Part shown: positions 1-9,883 of the stretch, piece by piece | Layout: every line of letters begins with the position of its first letter | Numbering within the stretch: position 1 is the first letter of the stretch | Assembly (NCBI GenBank): GCA_903934015.1 | Contig: CAIZMI010000034.1 | Coordinates: 20,378-84,377 of the forward strand | DNA length: 64,000 bases | Source: an uncultured bacterium | Lineage (GTDB): Bacteria > Patescibacteriota > Andersenbacteria > UBA10190 > CAIZMI01 | Direction of reading: 5' to 3' | Notes under the pieces: generated by a model | What the model saw: only the letters and a program-made list of their open reading frames with translations | Databases searched by the model: none | What the model was told of the DNA's origin: nothing | Translations under genes and position numbers: made by a program

Positions 1-1830
1 ATCGGCCTCGCTCAGCGTATCGCCAGTGGCAAGGTTCCGGTTAATCTGATCGATAAACGTATTCTTTCATTAGATTTAGCAGCTGTATTGGCAGGCACAA
101 CTTTTCGCGGTGAATTTGAAGAACGTCTAAAAGAAATTCTGCGCGAAGTAAAAGAAACACCAAATATTCTTCTTTTTATCGATGAACTACATACTATTGT
201 TGGCGCAGGTTCCGCCGGTGGTTCTTTAGATGCCGCCAACATTCTCAAACCGGCCTTGTCGCAAGGAGATATTCAAGTAGTGGGTGCCACGACACTGGAC
301 GAATATCGAAAACATATTGAAAAAGACGCTGCCCTGGAAAGACGCTTTCAGCCGATTGTAGTACGCGAATCAACCGAAGAAGAATCAATCAGTATTTTAA
401 AAGGTGTTCGCGAAGCCTACGAAACGCATCACGGATTAGAAGTCACCGATGACGCCATTGAGGCCGCCGTTGCTTTATCCACTCGCTACATCACAGACCG
501 ATTCTTGCCGGATAAAGCTTTGGATTTACTTGACGAAGCCGCTTCCCTTGCCCGCCTAAAACTTGGAACTGAATCCAAAACCGATACCAGTGAATTACAG
601 GAAACCAAAGAAGAGCTAACGGAAACACAATCACAAAAGAATCGCGCGATTGAAGAAGAGCGCTATGAAGAAGCATTGGTTTTGAAAAAAGAAGAAAAAC
701 GGCTTGAAGAAAAAATCCATTCCCTACACACAATGCCCAAGGAAAAAAATCACGTTCACTCCATCACGCGCGATGATATCGCCTCCGTTATTGCCGAAAT
801 GACAGGCATTCCAACAACACGTCTTCTAAAAGCCGAAGAAAAAAAATTATTGCATCTCGAACGCACCATGGGCAGTCGCATCGTCGGTCAAAAAGACGCC
901 ATCAATACTGTCGCTCGTTTTATTCGTCGCTCTCGCTCCGGTATCGCCAATCCAAATCGCCCCGTCGGTTCTTTTATTTTCCTCGGTCCAACCGGTGTTG
1001 GAAAAACTGAACTGGCGAAAGTTTTAGCGCGCGAAATATATGAAGACGAAGACGCCTTGATTCGTGTTGATATGTCCGAATTTATGGAAGCACATGCTGT
1101 TTCTCGTTTGATTGGCGCCCCGGCCGGCTATGTTGGCTACGAAGAAGGTGGCAAACTCACAGAAAAGATTCGTCGTCGCCCCTACTCTATTGTCCTATTT
1201 GATGAAATTGAAAAAGCCCACCATGACGTTTTCAACATTCTTCTTCAAATTATGGAAGAAGGAGAGCTTACCGACACGCACGGGAAAAAAGCGAATTTCC
1301 GTAACACTATTGTTATACTAACCTCCAACATTGGTTCACAAGAACTGGCAAAAGAAGCAAAGATGGGCTTTGGCGTTACGGATGAAAAAGAAAAGAAAGA
1401 ATCGCAAGAACGTTACGATGAAGTAAAACAACGTGTTATGGGAAACTTGCGCGAAGAAATGGCCCCCGAACTTCTTTCCCGCATTGATCAAATAGTAGTT
1501 TTCCGCCCACTCGGTCTACCGGAATTACGTCGCATCACTGCTCTCAATTTGGAAGAACTCAAAGAACGTCTCCGCAAGCAACGTCTTGAGGCAACAATTT
1601 CCAATGACATCCGTGACCAAATTGCCGAACGTGCCTTTCAAAGCGGTGAAGGCGCTCGACCAATTCGTCAATTTGTCCAAGAATTTATCGAGGACCCGGT
1701 AGCCCAAAGCATTATTGAAGGGTCTATCCCCAGTGGCAATAAATTTAATATCATTTGGGAAGAAGGCAAAACCAAAATTGTCCCAATTGAATTAAAAAAA
1801 GAACAAAAGCAAAAAGTCGCCGCCTTGTAG
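1..1830 (+). CDS. clpC: ATP-dependent Clp protease ATP-binding subunit ClpC/ClpB family (5'-truncated by window)
   Basis: Open frame from base 1; [32 protein letters not shown]-like coiled coil, second Walker [18 protein letters not shown]. Confidence 0.93.
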   Translation: MGLAQRIASGKVPVNLIDKRILSLDLAAVLAGTTFRGEFEERLKEILREVKETPNILLFIDELHTIVGAGSAGGSLDAANILKPALSQGDIQVVGATTLDEYRKHIEKDAALERRFQPIVVRESTEEESISILKGVREAYETHHGLEVTDDAIEAAVALSTRYITDRFLPDKALDLLDEAASLARLKLGTESKTDTSELQETKEELTETQSQKNRAIEEERYEEALVLKKEEKRLEEKIHSLHTMPKEKNHVHSITRDDIASVIAEMTGIPTTRLLKAEEKKLLHLERTMGSRIVGQKDAINTVARFIRRSRSGIANPNRPVGSFIFLGPTGVGKTELAKVLAREIYEDEDALIRVDMSEFMEAHAVSRLIGAPAGYVGYEEGGKLTEKIRRRPYSIVLFDEIEKAHHDVFNILLQIMEEGELTDTHGKKANFRNTIVILTSNIGSQELAKEAKMGFGVTDEKEKKESQERYDEVKQRVMGNLREEMAPELLSRIDQIVVFRPLGLPELRRITALNLEELKERLRKQRLEATISNDIRDQIAERAFQSGEGARPIRQFVQEFIEDPVAQSIIEGSIPSGNKFNIIWEEGKTKIVPIELKKEQKQKVAAL

Positions 1831-1880
1831 GGGCAATTCCAGCCGTCGCTAAAGCTATGGCCGGCAGGCATGAATTGCCC
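1827..1880 (+). repeat. GTAG-type REP palindrome (GTAGGGGCAATTC-ATGAATTGCCC) interrupted by a second palindrome; supplies the clpC stop codon
   Basis: Uninterrupted inverted copy at 57113-57136; 30-bp insert at 1840-1869. Confidence 0.75.
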
Positions 1881-1945
1881 ACATAGATAGCATAAAAATT
1901 TGTAAACATTTATTAAAAAAATCCACCAGTATCAACTGATGGCAT

Positions 1946-2383
1946 TTAGCGCCTCTGTCCGCAAAGCTGTTGCAGTTGCACTTCTTGGCGTGCGATATTT
2001 TCAACCCGCCTTAATTCCGGTTGCTTCAAATGTTCTGCTTCCTTCCAAATTTCAACAAGCTCCCTGAAACCATAGATACCGTCCCGCCACATGCGCACCA
2101 ACATCAGTATCGCGTTGTCGCTAGCTTTTTGAATACCCACAATTTCAGGATCACATTCAACAAAGCACTCTTGATCCATTCCCACCCCACTCAACCGGAA
2201 ATCGAAGGCGATATAATCCATTACCGCCGTCAGGTTGCGTCGCCTAATCATGCGACCGTCTTGCTCATAATAAGAAAGTTGCAGTATGGGCGATCCGACT
2301 CTTGGTAACCGCATCACGACATAAAGTTCACCGAGCGTCGGCTTAAAACTCTGCAAATCCGCTTGTAAGAAAATCTTGGTCAC
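1946..2383 (-). CDS. orphan hypothetical protein (probable GTG start 2383)
   Basis: ORF with AAGGG SD, upstream GTTCTTT motif and downstream hairpin+T tract. Confidence 0.55.
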   Translation of the reverse strand: MTKIFLQADLQSFKPTLGELYVVMRLPRVGSPILQLSYYEQDGRMIRRRNLTAVMDYIAFDFRLSGVGMDQECFVECDPEIVGIQKASDNAILMLVRMWRDGIYGFRELVEIWKEAEHLKQPELRRVENIARQEVQLQQLCGQRR

Positions 2384-2483
2384 GTGAGAAACCCTTTTCA
2401 AAAAAAGAAAGAACCAGTACCAAAAACCCGCCACCATTTATTAGCATATAATAATAAAAGACACAAGCCAAAAATACTGCTGA

Positions 2484-2519
2484 TTCCCTTCTTTACCAAG
2501 GAAGGGTGTGGGTAGATTT
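2484..2519. repeat. CCCT..AGGG REP-like palindrome
   Basis: TTCCCTTCTTTACCAAGGAAGGGTGTGGGTAGATTT resembles 60572-60607 and 47067-47100. Confidence 0.55.
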
Positions 2520-2557
2520 TGTTGGTAATTTGTCATTATTGTGTTAAAAAATTAACA

Positions 2558-3286
2558 ATGACCACACACGCCACCGTCAAAACAGTAAAAAAACTTCACA
2601 ATATTATTATCGACCTTCTTTTCCCGCCCGCTTGTGTGGGCTGTGATAATTTTGGCCCCTGGCTTTGTGACGATTGCCTTAAAAACATCGGCGCCCCGAT
2701 TGAAACCTGTATTTTTTGCAATGAAAAAACATTGCACGGACTTACCTGTGGTGATTGCCGGAAACACAACAGCTTAACAGGTATCATCAGCATTGGTGGC
2801 TACAAAAATCCGGTATTAAGAAACAGTATCCATGCCCTTAAATTTTCAGGCGTGCGCGATATCGCCGAACCATTAGGAGATTTGTTAGCTAAGAGCATCT
2901 TAAAAACTTTAGGGAGCGATTTAAACGGTTTTTCCATTATTCCCATGCCATTACATAAAAAACGGGAAAGAGAACGCGGTTTTAACCAATCGGCATTACT
3001 CGCCGACAGAATCTCTTCCTTGCTTTCCATTCCAGTCGCCAACCTTTTAATCCGCGAAAAAGCCACGACGCCTCAAGCGTCTCTCAATTCAAAAATGTTA
3101 GACTTGCGCCAAGAAAATATTGCTGATGCATTTATTATCAACCCGGAATATACGGCAATAATGCCTAAAAAAATAATTATCTTAGATGACGTAGCAACCA
3201 GTGGCTCAACCCTCAACGAAGCAACAAAATTATTAGGTGAAAAAGGAGTAAAAGAAATCTGGGGCGCGGTGGTTTGCCGAGGATAG
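2558..3286 (+). CDS. comF: ComF family competence protein (double zinc ribbon + PRTase)
   Basis: LLFPPACVGC, CxxC pairs, RERGFNQS, IILDDVATSGSTL. Confidence 0.9.
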   Translation: MTTHATVKTVKKLHNIIIDLLFPPACVGCDNFGPWLCDDCLKNIGAPIETCIFCNEKTLHGLTCGDCRKHNSLTGIISIGGYKNPVLRNSIHALKFSGVRDIAEPLGDLLAKSILKTLGSDLNGFSIIPMPLHKKRERERGFNQSALLADRISSLLSIPVANLLIREKATTPQASLNSKMLDLRQENIADAFIINPEYTAIMPKKIIILDDVATSGSTLNEATKLLGEKGVKEIWGAVVCRG

Positions 3287-3301
3287 ATTAGGAACGTTTC
3301 G

Positions 3302-3446
3302 CCCACTTCCGATGTGGTGCCGAGGCACTTCATCGGAAGTGGTGTAGGTTAGTAGCGTCGTAACGACGATACGCGAACCTAAACCACATCGAAGGAGATG
3401 CTTGACCCTGCGAGGGTTGCCGATAAAGCACCACCTTCGATGTGGC
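3302..3446. repeat. cluster of three hairpins (CCACTTCCGATG/CATCGGAAGTGG; TAGGTT/AACCTA; CCACATCGAAGG/CCTTCGATGTGG)
   Basis: Direct inspection; related hairpin at 5186-5231. Confidence 0.6.
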
Positions 3447-3580
3447 TACTACGCCCAATATCCTCAACCGTTGAACGGATATAAAAACGCAAGTATTGTA
3501 TAACTAGCTTTAACATGGCAATCTTGAAAAGCGGTTCGTAGTTATCCGATTTCCAATCTCTGATATCCGAATTCCGCGCT

Positions 3581-3711
3581 GGAGAGGTGCCAGAGTGGCC
3601 GAATGGGCGTCCCTGGAAAGGACGTAAGTCCGAAAGGGCTTCGCGAGTTCGCCCACGCACCACGCAGGGTGCGGGGCGCCCAGAACCCAACGTGGTTCTG
3701 TGGCGAATCTC
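3581..3711 (+). pseudogene. tRNA-Ser(GGA) duplicate interrupted in the T-loop by a double-hairpin insert; 3' acceptor strand lost
   Basis: 3581-3651 identical to 3752-3822; insert 3652-3705; sequence resumes AATCTC then diverges. Confidence 0.85.
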
Positions 3712-3751
3712 CTACCTATTCTTTAAAACTTTAGAAAAAATAATCAGCTTT

Positions 3752-3838
3752 GGAGAGGTGCCAGAGTGGCCGAATGGGCGTCCCTGGAAAGGACGTAAGT
3801 CCGAAAGGGCTTCGCGAGTTCGAATCTCGCCCTCTCCG
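3752..3838 (+). tRNA. tRNA-Ser(GGA), no encoded CCA
   Basis: GGAGAGG/CCTCTCC acceptor, CGTCC-CTGGAAA-GGACG anticodon arm, long variable arm, GTTCGAATC. Confidence 0.96.
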
Positions 3839-3964
3839 CAAAAATAATGAAACGCCCTTGCGGCGTTTTGTTATTTTGCCTGAGCAACCAACTGCTTGGC
3901 TCACGGCGAGATTTGAACGGCAAGCGATATCTCGCTCGACTGAATACGAAGTATCGCAATCCCT
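3839..3964 (+). ncRNA. structured tRNA trailer with antisense T-arm copy
   Basis: Hairpins, AACTGCTT loop, GGCGAGATTTGAAC (3905-3918) complementary to the tRNA's GTTCGAATCTCGCC with one G-U. Confidence 0.55.
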
Positions 3965-4046
3965 AAAATTTGACTGAAATCGAGGGACTAGACACACTAA
4001 AACAAGTTGTTCTATTAGAAAATCCTTGAACAGGAGGCTGTTGATC

Positions 4047-4322
4047 ATGTATAGAACACTCTTTTTGTGGTGGGTTGGGCAAAAACGCAAATTTCAAGCC
4101 TCGTTCGTCCACATTCGGCAACTTCTCTGGTTTCACGTGCGATTGCGCGGTAACGACTTTCATCCGTCACTACAACTTAACGCGAAGCGACGTTCTTCAA
4201 TGACACAGAGCGAACAAGATGGTTACGATTTGGAACTTACTCGGCGTCGCAGTTTGGCTCGCGAACTTGAACTGAAAAATGAAGACCTTGCCCGCACGCG
4301 CTTAGCAAACACTAAGACCTAA
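4047..4322 (+). CDS. orphan hypothetical protein
   Basis: AGGAGG SD at 4032-4037, TTGACT-17-CACACT promoter-like, terminator-like hairpin. Confidence 0.55.
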   Translation: MYRTLFLWWVGQKRKFQASFVHIRQLLWFHVRLRGNDFHPSLQLNAKRRSSMTQSEQDGYDLELTRRRSLARELELKNEDLARTRLANTKT

Positions 4323-4398
4323 TCTCTCAGTGTTTTTTTAACTTCCCTTTTTGCTTTATTTATCCTACGCTGGCCATATCAATCCTTAATCAAAATTA

Positions 4399-5157
4399 AT
4401 GTTTTACTACATTTTAATCGCCATCGTCGTCCTAATTTTCAGCTCTCTACGCATCATCAAAGAATACGAGCGTGCGGTAGTGTTCTTCCTTGGTAAATAT
4501 CAAGCCGTCCGTGGCCCCGGTCTCATCTTTCTTATTCCTGTTTTGGAGAAAATGAACAAGACCACCCTTCGCACAATCACGATGAATATTCCATCGCAAA
4601 AAATCATTACCCGTGACAACGTCTCTATCGATATCGCAGCGGTTGCCTACTATCACATTGTCGACCCGATGAAATCGGTAATTGCCATCGAAAACGTCTA
4701 CGATGCCGTGAATCAAATCAGTCAAACGACCGTTCGTAATGTTGTTGGTCAGTTTACACTCGACCAACTGCTCGCCCAAACCAGCGCCATCAATGTCCAA
4801 ATCAAGAACGTAATCGATGAACACACTGAACCATGGGGAGCGCAAGTAACAGCAGTGGAAATAAAAGACATCGTTCTGCCGGACAACATGCAACGCGCAA
4901 TGGCGAAGGAGGCCGAAGCCGAACGCGAACGTCGCGCCAAGGTTGTTGCTGCCGAAGGTGAATTCCAAGCTGCCCAAAAACTCGGCGAAGCGGCGGATTT
5001 AATCGCCGCCCATCCGGTGGCATTGCAATTAAGAACACTCCAAACAATGGCGGAAATCAGCGTGGAGAAAAATTCCACAATCATCTTCCCCGCCCAATTT
5101 ATGACAACAGTCCAAGAGGCAGTAAAAATGATATCCAATGACGGAATAATTAAATAA
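4399..5157 (+). CDS. SPFH/band 7 (stomatin/slipin) membrane protein
   Basis: N-terminal TM, EYERAVVF, ITRDNV, AEAERERRAK, LQLRTLQT. Confidence 0.92.
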   Translation: MFYYILIAIVVLIFSSLRIIKEYERAVVFFLGKYQAVRGPGLIFLIPVLEKMNKTTLRTITMNIPSQKIITRDNVSIDIAAVAYYHIVDPMKSVIAIENVYDAVNQISQTTVRNVVGQFTLDQLLAQTSAINVQIKNVIDEHTEPWGAQVTAVEIKDIVLPDNMQRAMAKEAEAERERRAKVVAAEGEFQAAQKLGEAADLIAAHPVALQLRTLQTMAEISVEKNSTIIFPAQFMTTVQEAVKMISNDGIIK

Positions 5158-5318
5158 CCGCGACAAACACATCAATACTAACCCACACCACTTCCAATAA
5201 AGGCCATCCGTGGTCACATTGGAAGTGGGTGCGACAATTCAAATTTGCCTTAATTTATAAGCACTTACATATTTTTTACCTGTTCAACTAATTAAAACAT
5301 CTGTGCTATTATTATGGC

Positions 5319-5888
5319 ATGGCAAAACCAACACTGGATTTGCGCCCAAACAGCACAAATGAAACAGAGATTGATGAAGAAATAGCACAATCACCCGCTC
5401 GTTCTGGTGGCAGCTTAAGCCATGGCCAAATTTATTTGGAATGGGAAGCGCCGGAATATGTTATTTATAAAAAAACTACTGTTTGGTATATCGGTTTCGG
5501 AGTTATGTTGGCGTTACTTCTTTCCATTGCGTTTATTATGCAAAGTTTCCTTACCGGAATTATTTTCCTGCTATCTGGTATACTAATCTTTTTTCACAGT
5601 GAACGACCGCCAAAAATCGTTTCATATGATCTGCGTACCACAGGAATAAGAATCGATTCCCGCATTTATCTTTATCGCGAATTATCAGCCTTCAATATTG
5701 TTGAACACGGTTCCAGTATTTACTTGCTATTAAAAAGCAAGCGCCTTTTAATGCCGTTAATCCACATTCCTCTCGCCGATAACCTTAACCATGAAGAAGT
5801 TTTGGACGCCATTTCTAATCACCTGCCCCAAGATCCGGATTTTGTTGAACCGTTAGCGGATGTGTTAGCGCACTGGCTGGGATTTTAA
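5319..5888 (+). CDS. conserved two-TM membrane protein (DUF5673-like, tentative)
   Basis: WEAPEY motif followed by two TM helices. Confidence 0.7.
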   Translation: MAKPTLDLRPNSTNETEIDEEIAQSPARSGGSLSHGQIYLEWEAPEYVIYKKTTVWYIGFGVMLALLLSIAFIMQSFLTGIIFLLSGILIFFHSERPPKIVSYDLRTTGIRIDSRIYLYRELSAFNIVEHGSSIYLLLKSKRLLMPLIHIPLADNLNHEEVLDAISNHLPQDPDFVEPLADVLAHWLGF

Positions 5889-5966
5889 AAAAACAAAACA
5901 TACAACTAACAACAAATGAAGGTTGTATTTTTTCATAAAATAAAGCAGAATAGGTTATCGTTTTAC

Positions 5967-6084
5967 GCGCTCGTAGCTTCCCACTCCGCTCAATCTCTGG
6001 ATTGAGCTACGAGGGACAAGTATTGGAATAATAAACCATTGCCTGTCCACCGTAGCTCCGTTCCGCAGAATGGAGCGAAGGTGG
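5967..6084 (+). repeat. tRNA-Lys 5' fragment plus two CGTAGC..GCGAAGG-family palindromes
   Basis: GCGCTCGTAGCT (5967-5978) equals tRNA nt 1-12; hairpins at ~5980-6020 and ~6042-6085. Confidence 0.6.
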
Positions 6085-6157
6085 GCGCTCGTAGCTCAAT
6101 TGGCAGAGCAGGGGCCTCTTAAGCCCAAGGTTGAAGGTTCGATTCCTTCCGAGCGCA
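6085..6157 (+). tRNA. tRNA-Lys(CTT), no encoded CCA
   Basis: GCGCTCG/CGAGCGC acceptor, CTCTTAA loop, GGTTCGATTCC. Confidence 0.95.
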
Positions 6158-6426
6158 CTCTCGTTGATTAGTTTTGCGAAGCAAAACAATCCAAACGTAC
6201 ATAAAATAGCTCCACGTCCTGTGGAGCTATTTTACACAAGAATCAATGAACTCCGAAAGTTTGCGACAAGAGACGCAAAATTTCGGAGCTACCTTTGATT
6301 GCAACACAACTGCTTGTGTTGCGTGAAGGAATCGAACGGCGAGCGATGTTATGCAGAACCGCTCGCCGATGGCCAGATACTTGCGTATCAACGCGAGTTT
6401 CGAGGCCGATTCCTTCCGAGCGCACT
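6158..6426 (+). ncRNA. structured tRNA trailer element ending in a direct repeat of the tRNA 3' end
   Basis: Antisense T-arm 6325-6337; direct repeat CGATTCCTTCCGAGCGCACT 6407-6426; motifs shared with the Arg and Glu loci. Confidence 0.7.
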
Positions 6427-6478
6427 AATATTAAACAAGCGCAGACCAAAGTCCGCGCTTATTTTTTATTTTAAATAA

Positions 6479-6691
6479 CTATTTTACGAGCTCAACAACA
6501 GATACTTTCAATACCGCGGCAATATTCTTAAGCGTCAAAATTGTCGGGTTTCCATTATCACCGGATTCAATCTTAGAAATTGTAATGTTTGATACATCCG
6601 CTTTTTTTGCCAATTCCGCCTGAGAAATCTTTCTTTCTTGTCGAAAGGCTCTGATACGCTTAGCGAATGGTTGTAGGGGCTTTTTTGCCAT
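6479..6691 (-). CDS. XRE-family HTH transcriptional regulator
   Basis: ISQAELAKKADVSNITISKIESG..NPTILTL. Confidence 0.9.
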   Translation of the reverse strand: MAKKPLQPFAKRIRAFRQERKISQAELAKKADVSNITISKIESGDNGNPTILTLKNIAAVLKVSVVELVK

Positions 6692-6789
6692 ATGTTTTAT
6701 TTGATAAATTATAAAATGGTACTGCTTATAGTATTAGAGTGTTCCAAGTGTGTCAACACTCCTGTATGTAACCACCCACAGGTTAAAGC

Positions 6790-6833
6790 AAACAACGCAT
6801 TAAGGTCCGACCCTTGCAAAGGTCGGACCTTAA
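6790..6833. repeat. REP-like palindrome TAAGGTCCGACC-TTGC-AAGGTCGGACCTTA
   Basis: Near-identical inverted copy, including flank, at 50798-50843. Confidence 0.75.
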
Positions 6834-7022
6834 TCACGAAGAACACAACACGACGGCAATATTTGCTGATACAAACAAAATTCCTCCACCCGTGAACGGT
6901 TACTCCCGTATCTTCTGTTACAAACCGAAACCGACGGGGCGACAAAACAAACCCTCGCTATCCCTGTGACTAAGCGTCAAAAAACGATAAATTTTTTTAT
7001 TATGTCTGCCCCCCAACCTCTC

Positions 7023-7436
7023 CTATTTAATAATGTCTCTTTTTATTAAATCCGGTAATATTTTATTTCTGATAATCGGCGATACCCTATCTGTTACCAA
7101 ACCTTCCCTTCCCAACCAACTGAATTTCACTATCTCGTGCGAAGGAATTGGAACACCTACTATTTTACCAACATACAGCCGTATCGAAACGTCCTTGGTT
7201 GCATCTCCGGCGGCCACATCAACATATTCACCAACAAACTCCAAACTTTCTTTATCCAGCCGAACAGCAAGCTCTTCTCTGATCTCGCGAGCCAGACAAA
7301 CAATATCAGATTCACCATCTTCAATCCGCCCTCCAGGCAAAATATAGTCCGTGGTAAAATTATCCTTTTCACAAACCATGAACATTTTCTGATCTTCCGA
7401 CAATAGAAGTAACCCCACCTTGTTAAAATAAGCCAT
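7023..7436 (-). CDS. Nudix hydrolase
   Basis: PGGRIEDGESDIVCLAREIREEL. Confidence 0.9.
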   Translation of the reverse strand: MAYFNKVGLLLLSEDQKMFMVCEKDNFTTDYILPGGRIEDGESDIVCLAREIREELAVRLDKESLEFVGEYVDVAAGDATKDVSIRLYVGKIVGVPIPSHEIVKFSWLGREGLVTDRVSPIIRNKILPDLIKRDIIK

Positions 7437-7466
7437 TTATTAAAGTATAATAGACAAATAATTTAA

Positions 7467-7712
7467 CTATTTTCCCTTATCCCCAATATTATTTTTTGGA
7501 ATAAACATGGAAACACCGCATCGCGCGCATATCCTACCGATTTTATCCTGCACCAACAAACGAATACCCAAAATTTCCAAACCTATAAATATCACCCATG
7601 ACCCTGGCACCAACGGTATTAGATGAATAATCAAACCAAAAACAACCAGTGAAAGACCAAGAACAACCCTTAGCTTGGACCTTTCCTTTATTTGGTCATA
7701 TATTTTACCCAT
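7467..7712 (-). CDS. small membrane protein (PGPGW-like)
   Basis: Hydrophobic hairpin with IPLVPGSW. Confidence 0.6.
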   Translation of the reverse strand: MGKIYDQIKERSKLRVVLGLSLVVFGLIIHLIPLVPGSWVIFIGLEILGIRLLVQDKIGRICARCGVSMFIPKNNIGDKGK

Positions 7713-7716
7713 GATT

Positions 7717-8517
7717 TTAAAGTAAGCAATCGTCCAATCGTTGCTCAATCCTCTTTTTTGCGTCCAAAACAGGCTTTAAGGAAACTTCTTCAACCAAGTG
7801 ATCCTCCACACTATACCCAAAAGGATTATCAAGATCCTTAATAAAATAGATCATATAAATCAAAATAAAACTAACGAAAGAAACAAAAAACACACTTTCG
7901 TAAAATGGATCCATTTTAATAAAAATCAAACCAATCACAAGTACTGCCGTAATTATCTCGGCGATAGCATAACCTGTCCCCAGAAACGATGTTTCCCTTA
8001 TTGTGTGGATACGAATAATCATTTTCCTTAACATATTCTGCTCCTGCTTCAAACGAACAATAAAATTGGCTTGCGTCAAACCTTCAAAAACTAAAAAATT
8101 ATCATTAAATGAAGACAATAACTTCATCACATTATCCGTACGTTCTTTTTTATAAAACCATTTTATCAATGTCTCATTAAACAGCGCCAATTTCCTTAAA
8201 TAATTCTTCGCCTCTTCGTTCTTTTTTCCGGCAAAAATAATCGACCCTTCATCCGCCATTGTTTCCAGACTCGCAGCCAAATCGCCCGGTAATTTTTCGC
8301 TTTCCTTATAATCAACCAGAGTTCCCGAAATCAAAAAACCGATTAAAAATATATTGGCGGAAATAATTGCCGTAAACAACGAGTTTAAGGTTAAAAACTC
8401 GAAAGCCGAATAATGCACGACAAATTTTACCAAAACAATTGCAACAACCATTGGAATTGTTTTCAATGCCAAACGCCAACGCGAATTTAAGGGGATTTTA
8501 TTGAGAAGTTTTTGCAT
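7717..8517 (-). CDS. four-TM membrane protein, bestrophin-like
   Basis: 2+2 TM pattern, C-terminal DLDNPF motif. Confidence 0.65.
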   Translation of the reverse strand: MQKLLNKIPLNSRWRLALKTIPMVVAIVLVKFVVHYSAFEFLTLNSLFTAIISANIFLIGFLISGTLVDYKESEKLPGDLAASLETMADEGSIIFAGKKNEEAKNYLRKLALFNETLIKWFYKKERTDNVMKLLSSFNDNFLVFEGLTQANFIVRLKQEQNMLRKMIIRIHTIRETSFLGTGYAIAEIITAVLVIGLIFIKMDPFYESVFFVSFVSFILIYMIYFIKDLDNPFGYSVEDHLVEEVSLKPVLDAKKRIEQRLDDCLL

Positions 8518-8538
8518 TATTAATTCGAGAACAATTAA

Positions 8539-9192
8539 CTACTTGCCGACTTCCCGATTTTTACCTAACCTTGTTTTAACAAATTCATAAATAATCGGCA
8601 CCACCGAAAGACCAATAATCACCAAGATCACAAGTGAGAAATTTTCTTTAACTGCGGGAATGTTCCCAAAGAAATACCCGATTAGTGTAAAACTAAACAC
8701 CCACACAAAACCCCCCGTTGCATTATAATAAATAAATTTTCGATACTCCATCTGCCCAAGACCAGCCACAAATGGAGCAAATGTCCTGACAATCGGCACA
8801 AAGCGTGCCAAGAAGATTGTTTTCCCGCCGTGCTTTTGGTAGAAGGCATTAGTTTTATCGATATGCGCTTGATTAATCGGAATCCTCGGGCTATCAATCA
8901 ATTTCTGCCCAAAATAGTAGCCGATCCAATAATTAACCGTATCACCCAAAAATGCTGCCCCCCAAAGCAAAAACAAAAGACCAACGATATTAAACGACCC
9001 AATCGCCGCAAAAGCCCCGGCAGCAAAAAGCAACGAGTCACCAGGAAGCAACGGTAAGAAGACCAAACCCGTCTCCGCAAAAACAATTAAAAACAGAATC
9101 AAATATGCAAAAACACCATATTGAGTAATTATTTCTCCCAAATGAGTATCAATATGCAAAATAAAGTTAAATATCGCCGAAATTATACCCAT
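8539..9192 (-). CDS. dedA: DedA family membrane protein
   Basis: FAETGL..LPGDSLLF, LARFVPIVRTFAPFVAG. Confidence 0.93.
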   Translation of the reverse strand: MGIISAIFNFILHIDTHLGEIITQYGVFAYLILFLIVFAETGLVFLPLLPGDSLLFAAGAFAAIGSFNIVGLLFLLWGAAFLGDTVNYWIGYYFGQKLIDSPRIPINQAHIDKTNAFYQKHGGKTIFLARFVPIVRTFAPFVAGLGQMEYRKFIYYNATGGFVWVFSFTLIGYFFGNIPAVKENFSLVILVIIGLSVVPIIYEFVKTRLGKNREVGK

Positions 9193-9282
9193 GGAAATAT
9201 TGTTCGTGAGAGATAAAAACTATGCACACTTTTCAATTTTTTAAGGATATCATGACCACCCCATTTGGCCAACGCACCCCAA

Positions 9283-9828
9283 TTAACCACCAAACTTGAT
9301 TACCCACTGTTTAAACTTAATAACACCATCTTTATTGTGTTTTTTAATTCCCGCCAATATTTCTTCACTACTTTTTTCCACTGCCCCACCGTCACCTTTT
9401 TTAGAAAAAAATTTATCAGAAAAGCAAATAATCTCTTCCTCTATCGTGACCGGTTGCATATTACGTTTTGGCAATTTCAATTTCTGATTTTCAATATCTT
9501 CAACCGACAACCCCACACCAACATGTCGCTCACAAACAAGAGCGTGCTTTGCAAGACCTTCTTTTTCCAACAACTCTCTTCCTAAGTAGCCGTGACAAAT
9601 GTAGGGCATCGTTCCATGACAATCAATCTCAGGAGCACTGGTTAAAAATATCCCCACGTCATGCAACATCCCCGCTTCTTCAATAAACTGCATATCGGGA
9701 TTAAATTGTGGTACCTTCCTTGCAACCTCAAGCGCCTTGTTTGTCACCGCCAAACTGTGCGCCAATAAAATCGAATAAGCCCGCGAATCGGGCAAGTAGT
9801 ATTTTTGCAGTAATTTAATGGGTTCCAT
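9283..9828 (-). CDS. HD/HDIG-domain phosphohydrolase
   Basis: HS..V, GMLHDVG, CHGYLG, ERHVGVG, SDKFFSK; start moved to MEPIK. Confidence 0.88.
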   Translation of the reverse strand: MEPIKLLQKYYLPDSRAYSILLAHSLAVTNKALEVARKVPQFNPDMQFIEEAGMLHDVGIFLTSAPEIDCHGTMPYICHGYLGRELLEKEGLAKHALVCERHVGVGLSVEDIENQKLKLPKRNMQPVTIEEEIICFSDKFFSKKGDGGAVEKSSEEILAGIKKHNKDGVIKFKQWVIKFGG

Positions 9829-9883
9829 TTTTAAATTTTTCAGAACCATAAAATCGACTTCTTTTCGAATAACAAAAAATTTC

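Noticed and set aside
3379-4163. ORFs overlapping the tRNA-Ser copies
   Set aside because: Translations of tRNA and repeat sequence (duplicated PEWPNGRPWKG peptide).
6158-6426. tRNA 3' direct repeats as prophage/ICE att sites or group I introns
   Set aside because: Only 158-312 bp apart, no integrase, the proximal tRNA is already complete, and I could not identify group I core motifs.
7008-7023. CCCAACCTCTCC resembling a tRNA-Ser 3' end
   Set aside because: Too short and mismatched to call an att site.
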